60,246 nucleotides of DNA, taken from contig CAYVNX010000006.1 of the NCBI GenBank assembly GCA_964453165.1, positions 1 through 60,246 on the forward strand, read 5' to 3'. A program made the translations under genes and the position numbers. How positions within the stretch are numbered: the stretch's first letter is position 1; the number at the start of each line of letters is the position of its first letter. This document shows positions 8,118 to 16,784 of this stretch, in pieces. Origin of the DNA: an uncultured Candidatus Kuenenia sp. Its GTDB lineage: Bacteria > Planctomycetota > Planctomycetia > Pirellulales > UBA1268. The notes below the pieces were generated by a model. It made no database searches. It was not told the origin of the DNA and saw only the letters and a program-made list of their open reading frames with translations.

Positions 8118-10343
8118 TCACTCAGGCAGTCGCGCGGCCGCCGGATTGAGCAGGCGTCTGACCTCGGCCGGGTCGCTCGTGGGCGGGTGGCAGGTTTCGC
8201 CGGTGCAGACGAAGGCCTTCGCGGACTGCTCCGGGCCGGACTTGCCTGCGGCTCCCGCCTGGGGCACGAGCCGGGCGAGGGGCGAGAGTTGGGCGAGCCG
8301 TTCGTCGCCGTCGGCGAGGAGCAGGATCCAGTTCGTGGCTCGGCTCTTCCAGACGGCCTCCACGAGCGCCACCGTGTCAGGGGTGGAGCGACGGCCGGCG
8401 ATCACGACGTGGGTCGCTGGGAGCGCGAGTCGGTCGCGCTCCACGAGCAGGGAGAGCACCGCGGTCGGGGTCTGTTCGATCCGGCCGCGGAGCGCGGCCA
8501 CGAGCCGCTCGGCCCGCGCGAATCGGGCGGGCTCATCGAGGATCACGGCCAGCCGGCGAAGGTTGGCCAGCGACACCGCGTTGGCCGAGGGCACCGCCTC
8601 GTCGCGATCTGGCTTGGGCCGCACGATCAGCAGGGGGTCGCCGGCCGGTGCGGCAAAGTAGCCGCCGGCCTCGTCGTCCCAGAAGATCGCATCCTGCCGG
8701 TCTTGCAGGGCCACCGCCTGCACGAGCCGATCGGGGTCGAACGAGGCTTCGTAGAGGTCGAGAAGCCCGCGGATCAGAAACGCGTAGTCGTCGGCGAAGC
8801 CCCCGCGGAGTGGGCCGTCGCCCTGACGGGCATGGCCGAGGCTGCCGTCGGGACTGACGAGATCGCGATGCATCCGATCGGCGGCTGCATCGGCGGCTTC
8901 GAGATAGGCCGGGTCGCCGAGCAGCTGGTAGCCGCGGGTGAGGGCCGAGATCATCAATCCGTTCGAAGCGGTGATCAGCGTCGCGTCGACGGCGGGGCGG
9001 GGCCGATCGTCGCGGGCCGCCAAGAGCCGCCGGCGGGAGTGTTCAAGTTCGGCGGCTGCTTCTGCCACCGACAGGCCGAAGGCGGCGGCGGTCTCGTCAA
9101 TGGAATGCCGCTCGAAGAGCACGCTTCCCCGAATCGCTCCGTTGGCCTCGGGGCCGTAGCGATGGCAGAAGCGGGCGGCCCGCTCGGGCCCGAGCCCCTG
9201 CTCGATCTGGTCGCGAGTCCAGCGGTAGAAGGCTCCTTCCTCAGGCTCGGTCGCGGTCGGGTTCGGCAGGCTGTCCGCGTCGATCGCGGCGTGGAATCCG
9301 CCATCCGGCGCCGCGAGGTCCCGCAGGGCGGCGTCGAGCAGGCCGCGGGCCGTGGCAGCGAAGGCGGCGTCGTTTGTGGCCTGGAAGGCTCGCAGGTACG
9401 TCATTGCCAACTGGGCCTGATCGACCAGAAGCTGCTCAAAGTGCGGCTCCCGCCAGGCGGCGTCGGTCGCGTAGCGATGGAAGCCGCCACCAAGCTGATC
9501 GCGAATGCCGCCGGCCGCCATAGCCTGGAGCGTGGCCACGGCCATCGCGTGGGGTGCTCGGTCACCGCCGTCGTCCGGCGGGGCGGCAGCGGCATACAAG
9601 AGAAACTCGATCGCAGCGGGGCGAGGAAACTTGGGCGGACCGCCGAAGCCCCCGTGGCGGGGATCGAACTCGGCCCGCAGGGTCTCGAGGGCGCGGGCCT
9701 GCACCCTGGCCGAGTCGGACTCGGCGGTGGCCACGGGAGCAGCGACGAGATTCGTGAGCGCCGCCCGCGTCTCCCGTCCGCTCGCCACGACCCCCGCGCG
9801 GTCGGTGATCCAGGCTTCGACCACCTCCGCGAGCACCGTGCGGAACCCGGGCCGACCGGGCCGGTCGGCGGCGGCGAAGTAGGTGCCGCCGGCGAACGGC
9901 TCCCCGTCGGGCGTCAGCCAGACCGAAAGCGGCCAGCCCCCGCGGCCCGTCGTCGCCTGCACGAAGGTCATGTAGATCTGATCGACGTCAGGCCGCTCGT
10001 CGCGATCGACCTTGATGCAGACGAAATGCTCGTTGAGGTAGGCGGCCGTCTCAGGATCTCGGAACGATTCCCGAGCCATCACATGGCACCAGTGGCAGCT
10101 CGAGAAGCCGATCGAGAGGAAGACCGGTTGGCCGCGGCGACGTGCCGCGTCGAACGCCTCCGGTCCCCATGGCTGCCAGTCCACCGGATCATCGGCATGG
10201 TCGCGAAGGTAGGGCGATGGGGCGTCGGCGAGCCCGTTTCCGCCCCGCTCGGCGGCGACCGTCGGGGCCAGGCCTGCCAGGATCACCGCCGAGGTTGCCA
10301 GCCAGGCGATCCCAATGCGAGGGCAAGACGACGAGGCAATCAT
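8118..10343 (-). CDS. YyaL/SPATA20-like thioredoxin (DUF255) + six-hairpin domain protein, with signal peptide
   Basis: SPYLRDHADDPVDW, FLSIGFSSCHWCHVM, KVDRDERPDVD, GGWPL, PKFP, GGGFHRYATD. Confidence 0.9.
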   Translation of the reverse strand: MIASSSCPRIGIAWLATSAVILAGLAPTVAAERGGNGLADAPSPYLRDHADDPVDWQPWGPEAFDAARRRGQPVFLSIGFSSCHWCHVMARESFRDPETAAYLNEHFVCIKVDRDERPDVDQIYMTFVQATTGRGGWPLSVWLTPDGEPFAGGTYFAAADRPGRPGFRTVLAEVVEAWITDRAGVVASGRETRAALTNLVAAPVATAESDSARVQARALETLRAEFDPRHGGFGGPPKFPRPAAIEFLLYAAAAPPDDGGDRAPHAMAVATLQAMAAGGIRDQLGGGFHRYATDAAWREPHFEQLLVDQAQLAMTYLRAFQATNDAAFAATARGLLDAALRDLAAPDGGFHAAIDADSLPNPTATEPEEGAFYRWTRDQIEQGLGPERAARFCHRYGPEANGAIRGSVLFERHSIDETAAAFGLSVAEAAAELEHSRRRLLAARDDRPRPAVDATLITASNGLMISALTRGYQLLGDPAYLEAADAAADRMHRDLVSPDGSLGHARQGDGPLRGGFADDYAFLIRGLLDLYEASFDPDRLVQAVALQDRQDAIFWDDEAGGYFAAPAGDPLLIVRPKPDRDEAVPSANAVSLANLRRLAVILDEPARFARAERLVAALRGRIEQTPTAVLSLLVERDRLALPATHVVIAGRRSTPDTVALVEAVWKSRATNWILLLADGDERLAQLSPLARLVPQAGAAGKSGPEQSAKAFVCTGETCHPPTSDPAEVRRLLNPAAARLPE

Positions 10344-10537
10344 GAGATGACGGAGGCTCGGTTTCCTACGCCGCTCGATTGTCACGGGCAACTCCTCCCA
10401 CCACGGAAATCCCGAACTGACCCGAACGGGCCGGGTAGCATCAAGAGGCCCTCTGCAGCGGGCCTTGTCCATTGCTAGGATACTCGTTCGTTTGTGGAGC
10501 CCACGGCTGGGTTTTTCGGGTGTCGGGGGAGGAGATC

Positions 10538-12874
10538 ATGCGAAGGTTGTCAGCCGGCGGCGGTGGCCGCGCGGTCGCTTGTGTGGCGTTGCTGTGGGTG
10601 GTTCCGCCTGCCGTTCCGGCGTCCGATCCGCCGCCGCTCGTGCGGAATCTGCTGAACCGGATCGAGCAGCATGAAGCGGAGGCCTTTCCGCTCGAGCGGC
10701 AGGCCCGCACGCTCGAGAGCAAGGGGCTCGTGCCGTTCTGGGATCGGATGAACGCGGCCGATCCCGATACGAGGTTCGACGTGCTGGCCGACGTGGGGCT
10801 CCAGTCGCTTCGCTGGGGTAAGGCGGACGAGGTCGTCAGCTACGATCTGGACATCGAAGAGACCCGCTACCAGGCCGGTGGTCCGATCGTCGATGCGGCC
10901 GGCTGGCGGGCGACCCTGGAGGAACTCCGGACGGCCGGCTACCGGATCACCCACTCCGACTGGCACCAGGAGCGGTTCGAGATCGACGCCGACGGCCGAC
11001 GGATCTCCGATACCCGGTTCACCATCCAGGGCAGCCGGGGCGACGGCCGGGATCGGCTCGAGGTGAAGGCCACCGTGCGGGTGCGGTGGCGGGAAGCCGG
11101 TGATGGATTCGTGCCCGACGCGGTCGAGGTGCTCGACGCGAAGGTGCGGCGGCGATCGGCCCCGCCGTCGTTCACCCAGTGGCTGCGGGTGCGGCTGGCG
11201 CCGCTGTTGCTCGAGCAGAACAAGCCGATCGAGATCGACTACGGCGCGACCTACGCCCATGACCTCGACGGCGACCAATACCCCGACCTGCTCCAGGCCG
11301 GCAGCGACACGATCCTCTGGAACGAGGCCGGGCGGTCCTTCAAGGCGGGGCCGTTTCTGCCGCGGGAGGCCGAGGCCCGGGTGAGCCGGGTCGGGCTCGT
11401 CGCCGACGTCGATGGCGACGGCATTGTCGACTGGATCTGCGACAACGCCGTGCGGAAGCGGCTGGAGTGGCATCGTGGCCGGCCGAACGCGGTTCCCGGG
11501 GAGCCTCCGTTCGAGCCCGAGCCCCACGAGATTCCGATGAAGGGCCTGTTCAAGAACGTCTCGGCGATCACGGCCGGAGACATCGACCGCGACGGCGATC
11601 TCGACCTCTACGTGAGCCAATACCGCACGCCGCAGGACTCGATGCCCGAGCGGTATTGGGACGCCAACGACGGCTACGGCAACCTCCTCTTGGTCAACGA
11701 TGGCAAGGGCGGCTTCCGCGATGGCACCGAAGCGGCCGGGCTGGCCCCGAAGCAATATCGCCGCACCTATTCCGCCTCGTTCGTGGATCTCGACGGCGAT
11801 GGCGATCAGGATCTGGTCGTCGTCTCCGACTTCTGCGGCACCGATCTCTACCTCAACGACGGCCGCGGCCACTTTCAGGACATCACCGAGACCGGGCTCG
11901 ACGCGCCCCGCACCTTCGGGATGTCGCACACCTTCGCCGACTACGATCACGACGGCCGGCTCGACTTCTTCGTGACCGGGATGAGTTCGACCACGTCTCG
12001 AAGGCTGGAGCGGATGCAGGCCTTCCCCGCCGGCTACGACGACGCCAACCAGATGCGGGCGGTGATGGGCTACGGCAACCGGATGTACCTCGGCCAGGCC
12101 GACGGTCGGTTCGCCGAGCCGGCCTACAAGGACGCCGTGGCCCGGACCGGCTGGTCGTGGGGGTCGGTGTCGTTCGACTTCGACAACGACGGCGACGACG
12201 ACATCTATGTGGCCAACGGCCACGTCTCGGGAAAGAGCACCGAGGATTACTGCAGCAACTTCTGGTGCCACGACATCTATCTCTTGCCCGGTGTTCAGGG
12301 CGACGACATGAAGTCGTACCTCGACGCGATCCCAAACCGGGCTCAGATTTCCTGGGACGGCTTCCAGGTGAATTCGCTCTTGGTGAACCAGGCGGGCCAG
12401 GGTTTCCAGGACCTCGGCTATATGCTCGACGTCGGCTTCGACTACGACAGCCGCCAGGCGATCGCCACCGACCTCGATCTCGACGGCCGCGTCGACCTCG
12501 TGATCGCGAGGCAGCCGGAGGATCTGCTCGCGCCGGCGAGCGACGAGAAGGCCTGGACGTCGCTGATGCTCTACAAAAACAGCCTTCCCGAGGCGGCCGA
12601 GCGGGGCTGGATCGGGGTCACGCTCTCCGGCGCGGCCGGGGTCTCACCGCTCGGGGCTACCGTGCTCCTCGAGACCGATCGGGGCGTCCGCCGTCAGGTC
12701 GTGGTGTCAGGGGATTCGTTCCTCTGCCAGCACCCGGCGCAGAAGCACTTCGGGCTCGCGCCGGGCACGGCCGTGAAGTCGCTCACGGTCGTGTGGCCGA
12801 ACGGCACCGAAACGGTGGTCTCGGCACCCGAGCCAGGACGGTACCACGCCGTCGCACCACTTCCGAGCCAGTGA
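10538..12874 (+). CDS. CRTAC1-like FG-GAP repeat protein with C-terminal ASPIC/UnbV domain
   Basis: Multiple DxDxDGxxD repeats, GWSWG, C-terminal HFGL...VVWPNG. Confidence 0.9.
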   Translation: MRRLSAGGGGRAVACVALLWVVPPAVPASDPPPLVRNLLNRIEQHEAEAFPLERQARTLESKGLVPFWDRMNAADPDTRFDVLADVGLQSLRWGKADEVVSYDLDIEETRYQAGGPIVDAAGWRATLEELRTAGYRITHSDWHQERFEIDADGRRISDTRFTIQGSRGDGRDRLEVKATVRVRWREAGDGFVPDAVEVLDAKVRRRSAPPSFTQWLRVRLAPLLLEQNKPIEIDYGATYAHDLDGDQYPDLLQAGSDTILWNEAGRSFKAGPFLPREAEARVSRVGLVADVDGDGIVDWICDNAVRKRLEWHRGRPNAVPGEPPFEPEPHEIPMKGLFKNVSAITAGDIDRDGDLDLYVSQYRTPQDSMPERYWDANDGYGNLLLVNDGKGGFRDGTEAAGLAPKQYRRTYSASFVDLDGDGDQDLVVVSDFCGTDLYLNDGRGHFQDITETGLDAPRTFGMSHTFADYDHDGRLDFFVTGMSSTTSRRLERMQAFPAGYDDANQMRAVMGYGNRMYLGQADGRFAEPAYKDAVARTGWSWGSVSFDFDNDGDDDIYVANGHVSGKSTEDYCSNFWCHDIYLLPGVQGDDMKSYLDAIPNRAQISWDGFQVNSLLVNQAGQGFQDLGYMLDVGFDYDSRQAIATDLDLDGRVDLVIARQPEDLLAPASDEKAWTSLMLYKNSLPEAAERGWIGVTLSGAAGVSPLGATVLLETDRGVRRQVVVSGDSFLCQHPAQKHFGLAPGTAVKSLTVVWPNGTETVVSAPEPGRYHAVAPLPSQ

Positions 12875-12888
12875 GGTGACCGTCGGGC

Positions 12889-14511
12889 TCAGGGCTGGGC
12901 CGTCGACGCGGCTTCCCCGGAGCGGATCCAGCGGGCCCGATGGGGCAGCGGCGACGTGCCGTCGAAGTAGGCCTGCAACTCGGGCCAGAGGTGGTCGGCC
13001 ACTTTGCGGCCGAGTTCGAGGCCGGCGACGTTGTCGGCCTGGATGTGGTAGCCCCCCATCACCCGGGAAATGCCGGCCATCTCCGCGGCGGCCGTGAACG
13101 TGGGGAGCGGCAGGAGCACCTCGCAGGTGGTGTGCGGGTCGTCCAGTATCTCGGCGAGCGGCCGGCCGTCGAGTTGCTGCATCTCCTGGCAGGTGAAGCC
13201 CTGTTCGGTGAGTTCGCCCGCCTGTCGCGGCTCGACGAAGCCACACGTGTCGCTGCCGGTGAACAGGGCGAGGATCCGGCTGCAGCCGCCGCTGACACAG
13301 CTGTGGCCCGAGACGTAGCCGGGGAAGGGGGGCGTGATGAAGGTGGCAGGCGAATAGGGGATCCAGTTCTCGCCCTGGATCGTGGCGACGCCCTGGCCCG
13401 GGCCCATCCAGCCCCGGATTGGCTTGCCCCGGTAGAGATGGTGGATGAGCGTCCAGGGACGCGAACTGTCGTAGAACCGCTTGGAGTCCCAGGCGGCGAT
13501 GAAGGTGTCGAAGGCGCAGGTGCCGACTGCGAAGAACAGCTTGACGTCGCGGTCGAGGTCGTTGCGGTCCCGTCGGGAGACGACGAGTGCGAACCTCAGC
13601 CAGTGGCCCGACTGGCCGGTCGACCGCGGGCCGTCCCGCATGAACTCCACGATCGCCTTCTGCTCGGGGGTGAGACTGCCGTTGAAGGCGATGCATTCCT
13701 CCACCTCGCGGGCGAGTTCCGGCGACCCGACCAGGGGCGGCGGACCGGGCCGGAACTGGTCCGACCGCTCGAGTCCGAACGGCCAGACCCGATACCAATG
13801 GGGCGTGAGGAAGTCGGGCACGATCGTGCCCCCGTGACCATCGTCAAACGGGATCAACTGCCAGCGGTCGGGATCATGAATCGTCTCGGGCGGATTGACC
13901 ACGCGATACATCGTGTAATCGGAATATGGTTTCCCATTCCCGCCGGGCTCGTCACCGAGTTGGTTGGCACCGTCGCCATACCGATACGTCACGAGCAGGC
14001 GGGCGACGTGATTGCCGATGCCCACCGGGGTGGCGAGATCCTCGGAATCGTCGGCCGGGTCGTAGCCCATCTGCCGCATCGCGGCCGTGAGATCGGCGGC
14101 GAAGTGCGGGTATTGATCGAGGCAGGCCCGGTACATCGCATGGGCAATCGCCTTCTCCTTGTTCTCCCGGGTCCGCTCCGTGGCCGGCCGCCGCAGGGTG
14201 TCGCCCGTGAGGGTGCCGACCGCCCGGTCGTCATAGGCCGCCCAGGCGTCGAACATCGCCGTGACAGGGATCACCATCTGCCGCGACAGAATCGTGGGCC
14301 TGGCCCCCAGCCGCTCGACGTCGCGGGCCGCCGTCTCGAGCATGACCTCGACCCAGCGGGAAGCGGCCGAAGGCTCGTGGCCGCCGCCGGCCGGGCGGTC
14401 GGTCTCGGGAATCTGCTGGGCGCGGGCCAAGCCGTCGAACCCGGCCGCCACCACGACGACGGTGCCCAGGATGATCCCGCGGACGAAGCGAACAACGGTC
14501 ATGTGACTCAT
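12889..14511 (-). CDS. Exported vanadium-dependent haloperoxidase-like protein (PAP2 superfamily)
   Basis: All three vanadate/phosphate motifs: KRFYDSSRP, PPFPGYVSGHS, SRVMGGYHIQAD; N-terminal signal peptide. Confidence 0.85.
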   Translation of the reverse strand: MSHMTVVRFVRGIILGTVVVVAAGFDGLARAQQIPETDRPAGGGHEPSAASRWVEVMLETAARDVERLGARPTILSRQMVIPVTAMFDAWAAYDDRAVGTLTGDTLRRPATERTRENKEKAIAHAMYRACLDQYPHFAADLTAAMRQMGYDPADDSEDLATPVGIGNHVARLLVTYRYGDGANQLGDEPGGNGKPYSDYTMYRVVNPPETIHDPDRWQLIPFDDGHGGTIVPDFLTPHWYRVWPFGLERSDQFRPGPPPLVGSPELAREVEECIAFNGSLTPEQKAIVEFMRDGPRSTGQSGHWLRFALVVSRRDRNDLDRDVKLFFAVGTCAFDTFIAAWDSKRFYDSSRPWTLIHHLYRGKPIRGWMGPGQGVATIQGENWIPYSPATFITPPFPGYVSGHSCVSGGCSRILALFTGSDTCGFVEPRQAGELTEQGFTCQEMQQLDGRPLAEILDDPHTTCEVLLPLPTFTAAAEMAGISRVMGGYHIQADNVAGLELGRKVADHLWPELQAYFDGTSPLPHRARWIRSGEAASTAQP

Positions 14512-14687
14512 GCTCCCGACCAGAATCCAACCCCGCCGCCTCCAGTATTCCTGACCGGCACGGATTCGCAACTCGGTATGCAAGGCACAGGCCGCTCCCG
14601 CGGGGCGATCCGCCTGCCCCACGGCAGTGGGGACGGCGCGGTCGCTGCGGAATCGGCTACTCCGCGGCAATCGTGGCCGGTCTCGGT

Positions 14688-14764
14688 GTCCCCGGATTGG
14701 CATCCGGGGCTTGTATGCGGCACAGCCGGGCGTTGATCCAAGCCCCCGACGCGAGTCGGGGGAC
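14688..14764. repeat. Inverted doublet of REP-like 26-nt hairpins
   Basis: Minus strand 14688-14713 CAAG-CCCCGGAT-GCCA-ATCCGGGG-AC; plus strand 14739-14764 CAAG-CCCCCGAC-GCGA-GTCGGGGG-AC. Confidence 0.75.
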
Positions 14765-14850
14765 TCCGCGTGGAAGCGAGGCCCGTTGTCCACTCGGCGA
14801 AGCGACGCCTGCCGCCCTGCGTCCGCTACGCCGGCGGCATCGACAGGCTT

Positions 14851-15279
14851 CTAATCGCGGTTCCAGACGAGCCGGGCCGGTTCGCCGAGCCGACCGACGA
14901 GAATGGCGTGCTGGTCGTACTCGGCTGCGAGTTGGATGGCGTCTGTCTCGGCGATGCCGAGCACGAGCAGGCTCGGTTCGGCGGGCCACTGGCCGCCGGA
15001 GTCCTCGCCCGAGCCGGGTAGGCAGGGGTGGCCCAGGTCTCGAATGGCCGCGCGGAGCCGGTCCATCCGGCCGGCATTCTCGGCCGCGGGCAGGATCTGC
15101 GATCGCGGGTTGCAGGCAGTGACGAAGGCCCAGTCGCGGAGGCCGTGCCGCTCGAGGAGGCGGTCGACTGCGGCCGACCGCTCCTCGCAGCGGATCACGA
15201 ACTCCTGGCAGCCCTCACTGGCTGCGACGAAGTAGGCAGCGGCCCGATACGCCACCTTCAATTGCTCGTCGATCGCCAT
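14851..15279 (-). CDS. DUF3293 family protein
   Basis: AYRAAAY, WAFVTACNPRS, WPAEPSLLV, YDQHAI. Confidence 0.8.
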   Translation of the reverse strand: MAIDEQLKVAYRAAAYFVAASEGCQEFVIRCEERSAAVDRLLERHGLRDWAFVTACNPRSQILPAAENAGRMDRLRAAIRDLGHPCLPGSGEDSGGQWPAEPSLLVLGIAETDAIQLAAEYDQHAILVGRLGEPARLVWNRD

Positions 15280-15298
15280 CGCAGCGGCCGGACCTGAC

Positions 15299-16681
15299 TC
15301 AGCGGGGGCCCCACGACGGCAGACTCGGCAACCGCATGGCCCGGACGGTGGTCGTGCCTGAACCGCTCACATCCGAATCCGCGTTCCCAACGGAGAGCGT
15401 CTGCTCGCCGGCCGTGGCGAAAGTCACGCGGAGCAGAGCGATGCCGTTGACGAAATCAACAGTACTCGGGAGCGTTGCCTCGGCGTCGCTGCTCGACACG
15501 GCGAGGCTGCCCATGAAGCCTCGAACCATGCGGCCATCGGCGTCCACGGCCACGAGTTGCGCGAGCATCGGCAGGCCAGCGATCACCTGCCGGGGCAGCC
15601 AGACGTCGATGGCGGCAACGGTCGGAGCCGCCTTCACGGTGGTCGTCGCGGTCGCCTCGATGTCGCCGGTCGTCACGGTCACGTGCTGCGCGCCAAGCGT
15701 GGCGAATGCCACTTCGAAATAGGCTCGACCGCGGCGGAATTGCACCGTCTCGGGCAGCCTGGCTTCCGGATCGCTCGAGGCGAGCGTGGCGGATCCGCTG
15801 AACTCTCGGATCGCCTCCCCGTCGGCGTCGATGGCGACGACCGCGACTCGAGTCGTTTGACCGGCCACCACGTCGGGCCGCAGTTCGATCCGGAAGTCGG
15901 CGACGACGGGTTGCGCCGCGACGGTGGTCGCCGCTTCGGCCGTGAGGTCGCCCGCCGTGGCCGTCAGCGTCTGCTCGCCAGGGGTGCCAAACGTCACCGT
16001 CGCCACGGCCCGGCCCCGCTCGAAGGTGACTGTCGTTGGGAGGGTCGCAGCCTCGTCGCTACTCGTGAGCGAGACGTCGCCGCTGAAGTTCGGCACGCTG
16101 CGGCCATTGGCGTCGAGGGCCATCAGCATCACCTTGACCGGTGAATCGACCCTGGTCGATTCGGGTATGCGCATCACCAACTGCGTCGCCACGATCGGTG
16201 CGGCGACCCGGGTCGTGTCGGATCCGGTGATCGGGGCGATGCCGACGGTGCTGGCGGTGAGGGTTTGTTCGCCGGTCGTGTTGAACGTGACGCTGACAAA
16301 GGCCCGGCCCCGCGAGAACGAGACCGATTCCGGCAGAACAGCCGCTTCGTCGCTGCTCGACAGGTACACCTCCCCGCTGAACGAGGCAGGACGATTGTCG
16401 GCCCCGACCGCCATGATCAACGCCCGCACCGGCAGCCCGTTGGGCACGGCCGAGGGAAGTACGACGGAGAAGCCAGTGGCCTCGACGTCGGTCACCACGT
16501 CGCCGGCATCGGCCCCTGGCAACCGACCGTCAGACAATCGTGTGAGGACCGACTGTGCGAGGCCAACGAGGTCGATCGGCATGCCGCTGAGCACCATGCG
16601 GGCCTCGAGCCCTTCGAGGCCGAGTTGAGCGGTGCGGGCAGCCGTGTGGTTTCTACGATCGGAACGCCGATTCGTCGCCAT
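15299..16681 (-). CDS. Planctomycete extracellular protein with LEPR-XLL-like leader and four ~95-aa Ig-like repeats
   Basis: LEGLEARMVLS leader; four repeats of A.DA.G....F.G...L.SSD..A.LP..V.F..GRA...VTF.T.G.QT. Confidence 0.75.
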   Translation of the reverse strand: MATNRRSDRRNHTAARTAQLGLEGLEARMVLSGMPIDLVGLAQSVLTRLSDGRLPGADAGDVVTDVEATGFSVVLPSAVPNGLPVRALIMAVGADNRPASFSGEVYLSSSDEAAVLPESVSFSRGRAFVSVTFNTTGEQTLTASTVGIAPITGSDTTRVAAPIVATQLVMRIPESTRVDSPVKVMLMALDANGRSVPNFSGDVSLTSSDEAATLPTTVTFERGRAVATVTFGTPGEQTLTATAGDLTAEAATTVAAQPVVADFRIELRPDVVAGQTTRVAVVAIDADGEAIREFSGSATLASSDPEARLPETVQFRRGRAYFEVAFATLGAQHVTVTTGDIEATATTTVKAAPTVAAIDVWLPRQVIAGLPMLAQLVAVDADGRMVRGFMGSLAVSSSDAEATLPSTVDFVNGIALLRVTFATAGEQTLSVGNADSDVSGSGTTTVRAMRLPSLPSWGPR

Positions 16682-16784
16682 GGTGAAACTCCTCGAGATG
16701 CAACCCCTGAGAGACGTCGCTCTCCCCTGGACGGAGAGGCTACCACATGGAACGAATCGGGCCAGCAAACGTTGCGGGAGCCCC

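Noticed and set aside
10080-10100. CHWCH as a heme c attachment motif
   Set aside because: It is the standard thioredoxin-like CxxC of the DUF255/YyaL family.
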